Part shown: piece after piece, positions 14,351-28,229 of the stretch
Layout: every line of letters begins with the position of its first letter
How positions within the stretch are numbered: the stretch's first letter is position 1
Assembly: GCF_002113885.1 (NCBI RefSeq)
Contig: NW_018403913.1
Span: forward strand, 67,990-131,989
Length of the DNA: 64,000 nt
Direction of reading: 5' to 3'
Source: Mizuhopecten yessoensis
Lineage: Eukaryota
Notes under the pieces: generated by a model
What the model was told of the DNA's origin: nothing
Database searches by the model: none
What the model saw: the letters and a program-made list of their open reading frames with translations, nothing else
Made by a program: the position numbers and the translations under genes

Positions 14351-15694
14351 TATTTATTTTACACGTCATTGTTTCTTTTAGTTTTCGGACAATTTTTAAA
14401 AATAGGAATTTATTTTTTCAGACCACAAACACACACTTGAATTTTTTAACTAACCATTCCTGATACACCGAAACACATTGGGACTATCGTCGCATTATCT
14501 GTCTAGCTAGATTTATTCTTATTTGTAACCAAACCATGAACTCGATCCATTTTATATTCAAATAGCTTTTTTTCTACTATCGTCTTAGTATAACTTGTTA
14601 CGCGTATCATTAACTTGTGTTTATCGTTTTCTGATTGACGATAAACATATTTCCCATAGCTTTTGGTGCATTTTAACGTCCAGCATTGAAGCTCTACCCC
14701 AAATAGAGAATTCTGATCAATGTCGATTACGAACTCGTACCGTTTCATGCTGGAAATCATAGACGTAGCTTTCCCATTTCAATTTTAGTTTACGTAAAGC
14801 AAGCATGCGAAAACGTTCTTTCTTTTGAAGGAATTCAGTAAAAGACATTGATTTGAACACGAGATTACTATGTGATCATATCAGAACATCAATCGACATT
14901 TAAACGAGGATTTTTATTTCATACAAATTCCCTGTTCATTTTCATACATCATAATTATAACAAACTGATAAAAAATGCATAAAAAAGTTTACGTTTTAAA
15001 AAATATTGCGACCTTGACTGTATCGCAGTACCACCCTATTGGATGACTCGGAGTAACCCGCTTGCCTTTTCTGAAACCGCTTTACACACATATAATTGAC
15101 TAGCACTGCCGAGGTTTAAGACCTCTCCAAACAACGGTTTCAATTAAAATCTTTGAATTTTCTTTGCCGTATTAAACGACTTAGTTATTTTTCATTCAGA
15201 GTTCGTCACATTACTTTAAACCTTTTTAAAATACTTCACCTCATCACGGGAACATCACGCGTCCGGTATTAAAATCTGTAACCAACGCCTTTTCACGTAA
15301 TTGTAACCAACGCCTTTTCACGTAATTGTCCGCATTGCTGGCATATACGCAATGTCTGTGTGTTGTTAACATATCATGGTGTATTTTTATGTTGTGTATT
15401 TACGTCAGTATCTATTGTTATTTATACATTTCCACCATAACCGGTGATTAATCACCAGATTCAAAGTACTAAAGATAACTCGTTATTGATATAATCTGTA
15501 TTTAGTAAACTTTGCTGTTATCCATTTTATTAGCAGCACACGCCCTTCACACATTACCGATACTATTTCCAGACATGTTCCGGTGGGTTTCGTCAGGTAT
15601 TAATTTAATCAATTTTGTGTATATAGCTCACCCGAGTATTTACTATCACGTCGTTAAAACCAATCCTCCTCAAGTATTTTAGTCTTATGGCATT

Positions 15695-16130
15695 TGTGCA
15701 CAACTATCGAACTATAGTCGACAAAACTGTTATTTTTCACAACTATCGAACCAGAGCCTACAAAACTGTTATTTTTCACAACTATCGAACTGTAGCCTAC
15801 AAAAATGTTGTTTTTGCACAACAATCTAACCAAAGTCTACAAAACTGATATTTTTGCACAACTATCTAACCAAAGTCTGCAAAAATGTTGTTTTTGCACA
15901 GCAATCTAACCAAAGTCTACAAAACTGATATTTTTCACAACTATCTAACCAAAGTCTACAGAAATGTTGATTTTGCACAACGATCTAACCAAAGTCTACA
16001 AAAATGTTGTTTTTTCACAACGATATAACCATTGTCTACAAAACTGATATTTTTACACATCTATCGAACTATAGTCTATAAAACGTTTATTTGCACGACT
16101 ATATAACTGCAGTCCAGAAACTGATATTGC
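15695..16130. repeat. Minisatellite, 39-40-bp unit, ~11 copies
   Basis: Unit TTTTTGCACAACTATCTAACCAAAGTCTACAAAACTGATA. Confidence 0.9.
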
Positions 16131-17244
16131 ACAATACAAAATTTCATGATTGCAATTCAATTATGTTGTGATCATTTATTTCAAAACACTTAGTAAATTG
16201 ATGTACACGACAAGTGTATCAAATATAAGGTTGGGGCAGGAATGGACGATAATGTTGAGTATTGGCTAGCCATCGGGTCTCTCGGTCGTATACATTGCAC
16301 TGCGAGGGACTCATCCCGTGTTCTATCATTATGTAACCTGTCCATTCTGAAAAACCGCAAAGCGGCATATTTTACTAATTCAAAGCCATTTTGTTGCAAA
16401 GTTGAGAAAATGGGTAACCTTTCTCTCATGATGTAAACGTAGACCCGCTGAGAACTATTTTTGAAATAAACGTTTTCATCATTTTATTTTTAAAACATCG
16501 TTTCGCCTAGTTTTCAGTATGGTAACAGATTAAGCGCACGCGAACATTTGCACATAGCACATACGAATACAGCAGTAGCTATTTGGGCATTTTGTCATCC
16601 GTTGCTTTACAGAATACCTACATCTGTTATTGATTCTTTTGCGAGTCAAATTTCTCGCGAATAAGTGTTTCAAGTACAATCCAGGAAATACATGGCATCA
16701 AAGATTCTGCATCGCCATATAAAAAACATTCTTATATCAGCCTAACGTCATCTGATTATTGGCTTCTTACTATGGCTTTTGTCATGCGAGGCGGGCGAAG
16801 AAATGTCAAAATGACACTCATCTAATTGCGCTAATAGACCTACGAATGCAAATTTCTCTGGTAGTGTTATAAAGGGGCTTACAGTAAAATTGTAACTTTA
16901 GTAAAAAAAAGTTATTTTCAATACATTATGTAATTTGTTACCTTGACATCAACATCTAAACATATTTGGAGAATGTCATATCTTGAAGCATGGAACGCAG
17001 ACAGACATACTTTTCTATAACGGGGTTACATGTACATGTATGTGGATATGTACTAGTATAACAGATAACACGTCATAAAGCGTCTCTATTGTTCCTACTG
17101 ATATCTTAGTTATTGTACACAACACTATAATACTGGGAAATGAAAGTGAAACATCACAACGCTATTGACGTGATTTTTGCATGCAGTCAATATCTGTATG
17201 ATAGTGATTTTCACTGCCGTACAAACTGGAGTATGTCAAATCTC

Positions 17245-20200
17245 TCATCCGTCGTACCGAATTAACCTGATAAGGGCACTCATCTGCTATACCGAATTAA
17301 TCTGAGAAAGAACACTCATCTTAGACCTAATGTAATACACTAAAAGAACACTCATCTGCTGTACCGAATTAACCTGAGCAAGACCCCTCATCTGCTGTAC
17401 TGAATTAACCTGATAAGGGCCCTCATCTGCTGTACCGAATTTACCTGGGAAAAAACACCCATCTGCTGTACCTAATTTACCTGAGAAAGAACACTCATCT
17501 GCTGTACCGAATTTACCTGGGAAAAAACACCCATCTGCTGTACCGAATTTACCTGAGAAAGAACACTCATCTGCTGTACCGAATTTACCTGAGAAAGAAC
17601 ACTCATCTGCTCTACCTAATTAACCTGAGAAAGAACACTCATCTGCTGTACCGAATTTACTTGAGAAAGAACACTCATCTGCTGTACCAAATTTATCTGA
17701 GAAAGAACACTCATCTGCTGTACCAAATTTATCTGAGAAAGAACACTCATCTGCTGCCCCGAATTTACCTGAGAAAAAACACTTATCTGCTGTACCGAAT
17801 TTACCTGAGAAAAAACACTCATCTGCTGTACCGAATTCATCTGATAAGGGCACCCATCTGCTGTACCGAATTTCCCTGAGTAAGAACACTCATCTGCTGT
17901 ACCAAATTTATCTGAGAAAGAACACTCATCTGCTGCCCCGAATTTACCTGAGAAAAAACACTTATCTGCTGTACCGAATTTACCTGAATAAGAACACTCA
18001 TCTGCTGTACCAAATTTATCTGAGAAAGAACACTCATCTGCTGCCCCGAATTTACCTGAGAAAAAACACTTATCTGCTGTACCGAATTTACCTGAGAAAA
18101 AACACTTATCTGCTGTACCGAATTTACCTGGGATAGAACACTCATCTGTTCTATCTAATTAACCTGAGATAGAACACTCATCTGCTGTACCGAATTTACC
18201 TGAGAAAGAACACTCATCTGTTCTATCTAATTAACCTGAGAAAGAACACTCATCTGCTGTACCGAATTTACCTGAGAAAAAACATCCATCTGCTGTACCG
18301 AATTAACCTGAGAAGGGCACTCATCTGCTGTACCGAATTTACCTGAGTAAGAACACTCATCTGCTGTACCAAATTTATCTGAGAAAGAACACTCATCTGC
18401 TGTACCTAATTAACCTGAGAAAGAACACGCATCTGCTGTACCGAATTTACCTGAGTAAGAACACTCATCTGCTGTACCGAATTTACCTGAGAAAGAACAC
18501 TCATCTGCTGTACCGAATTTACTTGAGAAAGAACACTCATCTGCTGTACTGAATTAACCTGATAAGGGCACCCATCTGCTGTTCCGAATTATCCTGATAA
18601 GGGCACTCATCTGCTGTACCGAATTTACCTGAGTAAAAACACTCATCTGCTGTACCGAATTTACCTGAGAAAAAACACCCATCTGCTGTACCGAATTTAC
18701 CTGAGAAAGAACAGTCATCTGCTGTACCGAATTAACCTGATAAGGGCACTCATCTGCTGTACCGAATTTACCTGAGAAAAAACACCCATCTGCTGTACCA
18801 AATTTACCTGAGAAAGAACACTCATCTGCTGTACCGAATTTACTTGAGAAAGAACAGTCATCTGCTGTACCAAATTAACCTGAGAAAGAACACTCATCTG
18901 CTGTACTGAATTAACATGATAAGGGCACCCATCTGATGTACCAAATTTACCTGAGAAAGAACACTCATCTGCTGTACCGAATTTACCTGAGAAAGAACAC
19001 TCATCTGCTGTACCTAATAAACCTGAGAAAGAACACTCATCTGCTGTACCGAATTTACTTGAGAAAGAACAGTCATCTGCTGTACTAAATTAACCTGAGA
19101 AAGAACACTCATCTGCTGTACCGAAGTTACCTGAGTAAGAACACTCATCTGCTGTACCGAATTAACCTGAGAAAGAACACTCATCTGCTGTACCGAATTT
19201 ACCTGAGCAAGAACACTCATCTGCTGTAACAAATTTACCTGAGAAAGAACACTCATCTGCTGTACCGAATTTACCTGAGAAAGAACAGTCACATGCTGTA
19301 CCAAATTAACCTGAGAGAGAACACTCATCTGCTGTACTGAATTAACATGATAAGGGCACCCATCTGATGTACCGAATTAACCTGATAAGGACACCCATCT
19401 GCTGTACCGAATTAACCTGATAAGGGCACTCATCTGCTGTACCGAATTAACCTGAGAAAGAACACCCATCTGCTGTACCGAATTAACCTGATAAGGGCAC
19501 CCATCTGCTGTTCCGAATTATCCTGATAAGGGCACTCATCTGCTGTACCTAATTTACCTGAGAAAGAACCCTCATCTGCTGTACCGAATTAACCTGAGAA
19601 AGAACTCCCATCTGCTGTACCGAATTAACCTGATAAGGGCACCCATCTGCTGTTCCGAATTATCCTGATAAGGGCACTCATCTGCTGTACCTAATTTACC
19701 TGAGAAAGAACACTCATCTGCTGTACCGTTTTTATGATAAGGGCACTCATCTGCTGTACCGAATTCACCTGAGAATTTACCTGAGAAAGAACACTCATCT
19801 GCTGTCCCGAATTAACCTGATAAGGGCACTCATCTGCTGTACCTAATTTACCTGAGAAAGAACACTCATCTGCTGTCCCGAATTAACCTGATAAGGGCAC
19901 TCATCTGCTGTTCCGAATTAACCTGATAAGGGCACTCATCTGCTGGACCGATTTTACCTGAGAAAGAACACTCATCTGCTGTACCTAATTAACCTGAGAA
20001 AGAACACGCATCTGCTGTACCGAATTTACCTGAGAAAGATCAGTCATCTGCTGTACCGAATTTACCTGAGAAAGAACAGTCACATGCTGTACCAAATTAA
20101 CCTAAGAGAGAACACTCATCTGCTGTACTGAATTAACATGATAAGGGCACCCATCTGATGTACCGAATTAACCTGATAAGGACACCCATCTGCTGTACCC

Positions 20201-21635
20201 AATTATCCTGATAAGGGCACTCATCTGCTGTACCTAATTTACCTGAGAAAGAACCCTCATCTGCTGTACCGAATTTACCTGAGAAAGAACACTCATCTGC
20301 TGTACCTAATTAACCTGAGAAAGAACACGCATCTGCTGTACCGAATTTACCTGAGAAAGAACAGTCACATGCTGTACCAAATTAACCTGAGAGAGAACAC
20401 TCATCTGCTGTACTGAATTAACCTGATAAGGGCACTCATCTGCTGGACCGATTTTACCTGAGAAAGAACACTCATCTGCTGTACCTAATTAACCTGAGAA
20501 AGAACACTCATCTACTCATCTGCTGTACCGAATTAACCTGAGTAAGAATACTCATCTGCTGTACCGAATTAACCTGATAAGGGCACTCATCTGCTGGACC
20601 GAATTTTCCTGAGAAAGAACACTCATCTGCTGTACCGAAGTTACCTGAGTAAGAACACTCATCTGCTATACCAAATTTACCTGAGAAAGAACACTCATCT
20701 GCTGTCCCGAATTAACCTGATAAGGGCACTCATCTGCTGGACCGATTTTACCTGAGAAAGAACACTCATCTGCTGTACCTAATTAACCTGAGAAAGAACA
20801 CGCATCTGCTGTACCGAATTTACCTGAGAAAGATCAGTCATCTGCTGTACCGAATTTACCTGAGAAAGAACACTCATCTGCTGTACTGAATTAACCTGAT
20901 AAGGGCACTCATCTGCAGGACCGAATTTACCTGAGAAAGAACACTCATCTGCTGTACCGAATTAACCTGAGAAAGAACACCCATCTGCTGTACCGAATTA
21001 ACCTGATAAGGGCACCCATCTGCTGTACCGAATTAACATGATAAGGGCACTCATCTGCTGTACCGAATTTACCTGAGAAAGAACACTCATCTGATGTACC
21101 GAATTAACCTGAGAAAGAACACCCATCTGCTGTACCGAATTAACCTGATAAGGGCACCCATCTGCTGTTCTGAATTAACCTTATAAGGGCACCCATCTGC
21201 TGTACCGAATTAACCTGATAAGGGCACTCATCTGCTGTACCGAATTTACATGAGAAAAAACACTCATCTGCTGTACCGAATTTACCTGAGTAAGAACACT
21301 CATCTGCTGTACCGAATTCATCTGATAAGGGCACCCATCTGCTGTACCGAATTAACCTGATAAGGGCACTCATCTGCTGTACCGAATTAACATGATAAGG
21401 GCACTCATCTGCTGTACCGAATTCACCTGAGAAAGAACACTTATCTACTGTACCGAATTAACATGATAAGGGCACTCATCTGCTGTACCGAATTCACCTG
21501 AGAAAGAACACTCATCTACTGTACCGAATTAACATGATAAGGGCACTCATCTGCTGTACCGAACTTACCTGAGAAAGAACACTCATCTGCTGTACCTAAT
21601 TAACCTGAGAAAGAACACTCATCTGCTGTACCGTT
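17245..21635. repeat. Large satellite array (~4.4 kb, ~120 copies) of interspersed 36-bp and 35-bp variants
   Basis: A unit CCTGAGAAAGAACACTCATCTGCTGTACCGAATTTA; B unit CCTGATAAGGGCACTCATCTGCTGTACCGAATTAA. Confidence 0.97.
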
Positions 21636-22439
21636 TTTATAAAAATTGAATTAAAGTTTAAACACATGTATCAGTTTCAACCAATTGCTTACCTTAGTCT
21701 CGCAAGCTATCCAATTAAGCAGTTTCGAAACAATAGTTCTGTATTCTAGGAAGATCTGTCCAGTACTTCTTTAACAAACAGTTCCGAGTTCTGCTATGAC
21801 AAAACGTCGCCTGATAGGTTGCACCTTATGTTTGATAATACATGCCCCAGTTAAAAGATTATCAGGTTTATATGCGTTATGCTAATATTATTATCAGGTG
21901 GACAAGGTAAATAACTAGTGTGATTTTATCGTTGCAATCATAGACGCCATCTAGTACTGTTTTTACACCTACTACACCACACAGTCCCATTTTACACATA
22001 TCATCAGATAGCGGTTTATGTGCAGAATATGTATATTACAACTTCAGGATAGCTGTACTTAACGCTAGGGATTTTTTTTTATCAAAAGTTTCATTTTTTT
22101 ATGATAAAAAATGAAAGATAATCTGACAAAATCACGTTAACAATGAAACACCTACATTCAGGGTGATAAAACATTTGTTAACATAAAAAAAGAGATAAGA
22201 ATAACGTTCAATAAAACTAACGCCTACATTATTATTAGTGATACTGAATGTACAAATGATATGTGAATTCAACAAAGTTGGCAGGTTGGTATACTTCTCG
22301 TTTTCCATTTGTATCTGATCATGACATACCAGTGGTCAAATAAGGTGTGCGGAACAAAAAACATCATAGCAAACAAGTAAAAGTAAAGGTCAACCAGTTC
22401 GTTAACGAAAACGATATCATATTAAAAGCAGACGTGTGT

Positions 22440-23603
22440 GTACTACAAATGCTACTCATAAAAATGTTACTCATACAAATGTTACTCATACAAATGTTCA
22501 TACAAATGTTACTCATACAAATGGTACTCATACAGATGTTACTCATACAAATGGTACTCATACAAATGGTACTCATACAAATGGTACTCATACAAATGTT
22601 ACTAATACAAATGTTACTGTTACAAATGGTATTCATACTAAAGTTACTCATACAAATGTTACTCATACAAATGTTACTCATACAGATGTTACTCATTCAA
22701 ATGATACTCATACAAATGGTATTCATACTAATGTGTTACTCACACTAATGGTACTCATACTAATGGTATTCTTACTAATGTTACTCTTACAAATGTTACT
22801 CATACAAATGATACTCATACAAATGTTACTCATACAAATGTTACTCATTCAAATGGTACTCATACTAATGTTATTCATACAAATGTTACTCATTCAAATG
22901 TTACTCATACAAATGTTACTCATACTAATGTTACTCATACAAATGATACTCATACAAGTGGTACTCATACTAATGGTATTCATACTAATGTTACTCTTAC
23001 AAATGTTACTCATTCAAATGATACTCATACTGATGTTACTCATACAAATGTTACTCATACAAATGTTACTCATTCAAATGGTACTCATGCTAATGTTACT
23101 CATACAAATGGTACTCATACAATGTTACTCATACTAATGTTACTCATACTAATGTTACTCATACAAATGTTACTCCTTCAAATGGTACTCATACTAATGT
23201 TACTCATACTAATGGTACTCATACTAATGTTACTCATACTAATGTTACTCATACTGATGTTACTCATACTAATGTTACTCATACAAATGGTACTCATACT
23301 AATGGTACTCATACAAATGTTACTCATACTGATGTTACTCATACAAATGTTACTGATTCAAATGGTACTCATACAAATTGTACTCATACAAATGTTACTC
23401 ATACAAATGGTATTCATACTAAAGTTCCTCATACAAATGTTACTCATACAAATGGTACTCATACTAATGTTACTCATACTAATGATACTCATACTAATGT
23501 TACTCATACTGATGTTACTCATACTAATGGTACTCATACAAATGGTACTTATAAACATATTACTCATACAAATGTTACTCATACTAATGTTACTCATACA
23601 AAT
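22440..23603. repeat. Minisatellite, 15-bp unit, ~75-78 copies
   Basis: Unit TGTTACTCATACAAA and variants (TGGTA.., ..ACTAA). Confidence 0.97.
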
Positions 23604-24011
23604 GAACAATTGTAATACTTACAGACTCATCAGAGAGATGAACCGGATGGGCGTCCGTCGACAGTTAAAATCAGTGCCTTTGATAGTTGGAGGTAGTGAC
23701 GAGATACACCGGACAATGGACGCACACTGCACTGTACACGGGAAAGTTTCTCTCCCAGTTTCAATTAAACGAGAGCGAGCTTGTGATTGATCCCTACAGT
23801 TGAGGCAATACAACATCATGTCAAGTTTCTCCCAGTCGTCGATCTGGCTTGGGTTTTAAAAAGCACTCCCCCGAATTTCCCCAATTTACTCCGTCACAAC
23901 GAACTGTACCAAACAATACTTTACCTAGTCTTTTATAGGTATAGTTTTTACATTCCATTGTTTCATTTCTAACAATGTACAATTAACCGAACATGGTTTG
24001 ATACACTACGA

Positions 24012-24181
24012 TACTGTGGAACCTCCTCAAGAGACTACTTCTATAAAGAGAACATTTGTATTAACAAACCACTGTTCAAGCTTCACGTAACATTGATTTT
24101 CATGTTAACAAACCACCTGCACTAAGCACTCATTATATATGCATTTCCAAAAGGTTATCTCTGAATATAGGTTTGACTGTA
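24012..24181. mobile_element. Tc1/mariner(pogo)-type MITE, degenerate
   Basis: TA-CTGTGGAACCT ... AGGTTTGACTG-TA imperfect TIRs of the CAGT.GAACCT type with TA flanks. Confidence 0.5.
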
Positions 24182-24860
24182 TAACTTTCGCCAAATCATT
24201 GTAATTAATGCCATACATGTAAAAGATTAAAGATTGGATCATTTTTCATTATGGTTAGAAGTTATAAGATTATGGGTCCCTGAGCAGGATATCATATTGT
24301 GGGAAATGTTCTAAGCAGAGTAAATCAACCGATGGCTTGTATTGCGAATGTCAAAGATCCATATTCCTTATCTTCCAAAGACCATGTTATCATATCGTTA
24401 AAGCAGTACACCCCCAAAGTATTACCCAGCAATAAATAAACATACTGCATTGAAAAAAGGAAAAAATTGCGAGAGAGCGCGTGAACGTTTCAAAATCAAT
24501 AATTTGGTTTAAAAGTATCAAAACGTGATGTAAGCTCAGCATTCTATTTAAAACAATGAAATGTATCCCATATCCCTTCTCAGGACGTGTCTGGTTACTT
24601 ATTACCTCCAGTATAGCTGTCACTCACTTCAGAAACCCACTTATTAGAATGTCCACTGACAGCCAGCTTTTCTTTCTGTTGTAATCTATTGGAATGTTCT
24701 AAAGGAACCTAACACCTAGGATTTCACATGTTGTATGTTTAAAGGAAAATGTCAGAAACGAGCACAAAACTCCAGTTTATTCCAAACACATGTATTTGTT
24801 ATTACACAAACATGAAATATATTTCGCCGTTATAAAATTATCATGTTTTTTTTTTGTCAG

Positions 24861-25784
24861 ACAGACATTCTTTATTTCCTACTTTAGGAGTTTTCATATG
24901 TCAAAACAGTTTTACAAAATGTATCTTAATTTAAATATAAACATAGTTTTGAGAAGTAAATGTATTGAATAATGACGTATTTGACATTCATATAACTGCA
25001 TTATATAATTCATAATACAAAATGTTCACTACAATATCTATTCCGCATACAACTTCTACATATATATGTATACACTTATATATACATCAATAGGTTAATT
25101 ATAAAAAACTCTCCATCTCACATACCATTCCTTTGATATTTCCAGCCATATTTATCATTAGTGTTTCCCACTCTATATCAGTCAAGTATACATGTGACTG
25201 ATCACCAAGTAAAAAGCTGCATTGGTCTTCAATGCTTAGTTCTGAAAACTGTACATATGACAATACTTCTATAGCATTAACAACACCATCCATCATTTTA
25301 TCACGGCTTAAGTATAAACCTGGACATTCTAATATAAAATGCAACACAATATCTTTACTTGTTTTCTCACATATCTTACATATAACTACTTCATTCTCAC
25401 AAGATATTGAGTATTTAAATAACTCTACTAGATCCCATACATGTTGTTGAGAAATGTGTTTACTGCTTAGTTGCAATATTGGATTTATTCCCGGATCACT
25501 ATGGATAGCAGCATATCTGTTCATCACGTGTATTTAGTTTATCTTTCCGCCTTATGTAATAAAAATCATATACAAATCTATTAATGAAACGTTTCCAGCA
25601 TAACATCGGTGGTACGAATATATTTAGAACATAGTCATTGATAAATGACTCTATATCATTTAACCATTATGTTATATATATCAGGCAGAAATCCTATTTG
25701 AGCACTGGTTGATGAACTGCCATACATAAATTGGCATAGTCTAATAATACGTAATAGTACGTTCCAACTCTTCTACAGAATGAA
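24861..25784 (-). mobile_element. 5'-truncated non-LTR retrotransposon (RTE-X/L2-like 3' end) flanked by ~48-bp direct repeats
   Basis: ORF 25099-25527 has C-terminal CKICEK..HFILEC zinc motif; minus-strand AATAAA plus (TCTG) tail at 24861-24876; direct repeats 24812-24860 and 25785-25831. Confidence 0.8.
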
Positions 25785-28229
25785 ATGAAATATATTTCGC
25801 TGTCATAAAATTATCATGTTTTTTTTGTCAGTACTGTTGTTCAATATGTAAGAATCCTTTGGTATTGGCTGGAGATTTAAATGTGTTATTGACTAGACCT
25901 TTAATGTTTAGCTTACACTTATTGTTTAATAATGAGATGAAGCATGATGTTTCCTAGTCAGTAACACTGTTTCCCCGAGGGTCGGGTACGGTCCAGAGAA
26001 ACGGTACTACCTGTTCGACTAGCGGACGCTGACGTGAAGCACGTGCGATGTGATTAGTGGTTAATGGTCCCATGTGTTGGTAAAGACACGCCGATCTAAT
26101 CCTCCGCTCCAGATTTGTCGCCTCGCACACACGGACCCTTAGATTTTAGTGCTGTAAGCCGATATTTTTTCATGTTCGATGTTTCGGAAATAATTAATTG
26201 TTACGGAAGGCTAGAGAAGATCATTCATTTCAGTCACATGGAGTGTATTTAAAGCAACATGTTCACCGCTTGATCTTATTAGCACAATTTTCACTATGTA
26301 AGCTTGACAGATGAGGTTTAGGGGACCTGCAGTCACGACTGAGTGCGTCACTATTATACAACATGTGTAAAGTCAGGGCTTACCTACATATTTGATTGAT
26401 GGATACTCAGATTTGTTTTGTCCATGAGTAAACTGTTTTTACAGTTTATTATTATATAGTTCTTCAAGTAAATTGCAATAGTTCCATGTTATTTGTAAAA
26501 CTAATATCGATATTGCAATTACATATCATCCAAACAATCTTGTGTCTTCTAAACCTTTTAATCAAACTGCAACATCCGAAATCCTTAGTCACATGCCTGA
26601 CAAAACATAGGTGGACATTTCCCTCCGCTTTACCAGCGAGTTTCTTGTAGAGGAGTTTTGTTTCGGTAGGATAGCTCGACGCTGTTTTTACCCTACATGC
26701 AATATCAGCGTTAACCGTCAGTAAAACATAATTAACCAAACAACCGCTCCGGTCCTCGTGCCTTTAAGGCTTCAGAGGACGAGGTGATCAATGAAAACTC
26801 AATCATCTCGGCCAGATTGCGGGCCATTGATTGAGCTACAAATATGCTGCGCTGTTTTGGGAGATGAAATTGCCAAGAGAAGATACATTTATTGTTATTT
26901 ACAGGGACTTAACAGATTATTTAATATAATAAAGCAGACACTTAACTACATGTTAACTTCATTACAGGCCTCGTCACATCTTGCCAAACAAAGTAGGTAT
27001 ATTTGATTACCAATTTACGGCGTCCATAAACGAAAAATTTACGATACATATGCTGAAGATTAAAAAGTGTTTTGATAGTTTGTTTTCCTGATATCCCCAT
27101 GTACTTTTAATGGAATCGTCGTATTACGATCTGATCAGAGAAATGGAGTAATCTGAAATGAAATTCTGGGGAAGCATGGTTTATATAAAAGGATAATAAC
27201 TTTGTGAACCAAAACAATCTCTGTATAAAATAAGGTGTGTAACATGGTTAGTAAGGCCATGTTTTGTAACCGCCACAGTGCAACAGATAAGGGGTCGTGG
27301 TATGGGATGTACGCCCTGTTAGCTTCCACGTATACAATATCAACTTCCGGGAAACTAAAAAACGGGAACAGCAGATGATAAAATAACTTGTAGGATCCCA
27401 CTCTCTAGAAGTCCTTTGTCTAATTATCTTGTTGTGGCACTGTAGACATTTTAGAGAAGGTTTCTGTTCAAACAAAGTTGCTGGGGATGATTATGATTAC
27501 TAAGGTCGACATATAGTCTACAGTGATTCACCACAGTCTCTCGAGGTTTGTATTGTCCTGAAGGCTTCTATGAAATCTTTGAAAATGTTACCACTTTTTT
27601 AAACTTTATTTCATTGCCATTGTCTAGAAATAGCTTCAAACAACAAAACTGATTTTCATTTTGCCATGAAGAGATCGTTTTCATGAGTATTCCATATCCT
27701 TAATGATGTTAACCATTCTTGATTATGTCTTGCTCGAGATTAGATCAACAATAGCGATGAAACTCTTTCATACACATGTTCACAAATATATGTATCCTTA
27801 AAACATGTATTTGTTCAGTTCTTATATGTTGAATGAAACATCGGGAGATTTACAGAATTGCACGTGTTGGTAAAATATCAAATGATATCTATTTCAAATT
27901 AGCACATCTTAAAAATGTGGAAATATATTGCTTACACATGTTTGTAATATATATGCAGAAACAAAAATCATTCAAAGATATATCAAATCTAACGATATCT
28001 AAATATTTCATTTGAACATTTACAACGTCACATAATAAAGATTCATGGAAACTGGTATATATATATATATATAACCAAATTGTTTTATAGTAATAATTGT
28101 TTGGGACTTTAACGTTGAGACTTTGTGTATATATTCATAACTTTTCTAAAGACAGATGTTCGAATATATATGAGATGCCTTATCAGTTTAATCAATTTAA
28201 GAATAGTTATTCACCTGTTCTTCTTCCCA

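Noticed and set aside
17245-21635. 36-bp repeat as a CRISPR array or hammerhead-bearing satellite
   Set aside because: No unique spacers and no cas genes; the minus strand reads CAGATGAG rather than CTGATGAG and lacks a GAAA core
23624-23640. CTGATGAG on the minus strand as a hammerhead core
   Set aside because: No suitably placed GAAA or stems
22347-23790. TNVTH (mucin-like, sequon-rich) and MLLIQ repeat ORFs
   Set aside because: 15-bp minisatellite with frame-shifting indels; several frames are open equally; no splice or signal context
26464-26739. VTKDFGC..FRR similarity to ORF 8342-8557 (VTKSFGC..FRR)
   Set aside because: Short match on the strand opposite the plausible exon, with no splice signals; judged coincidental
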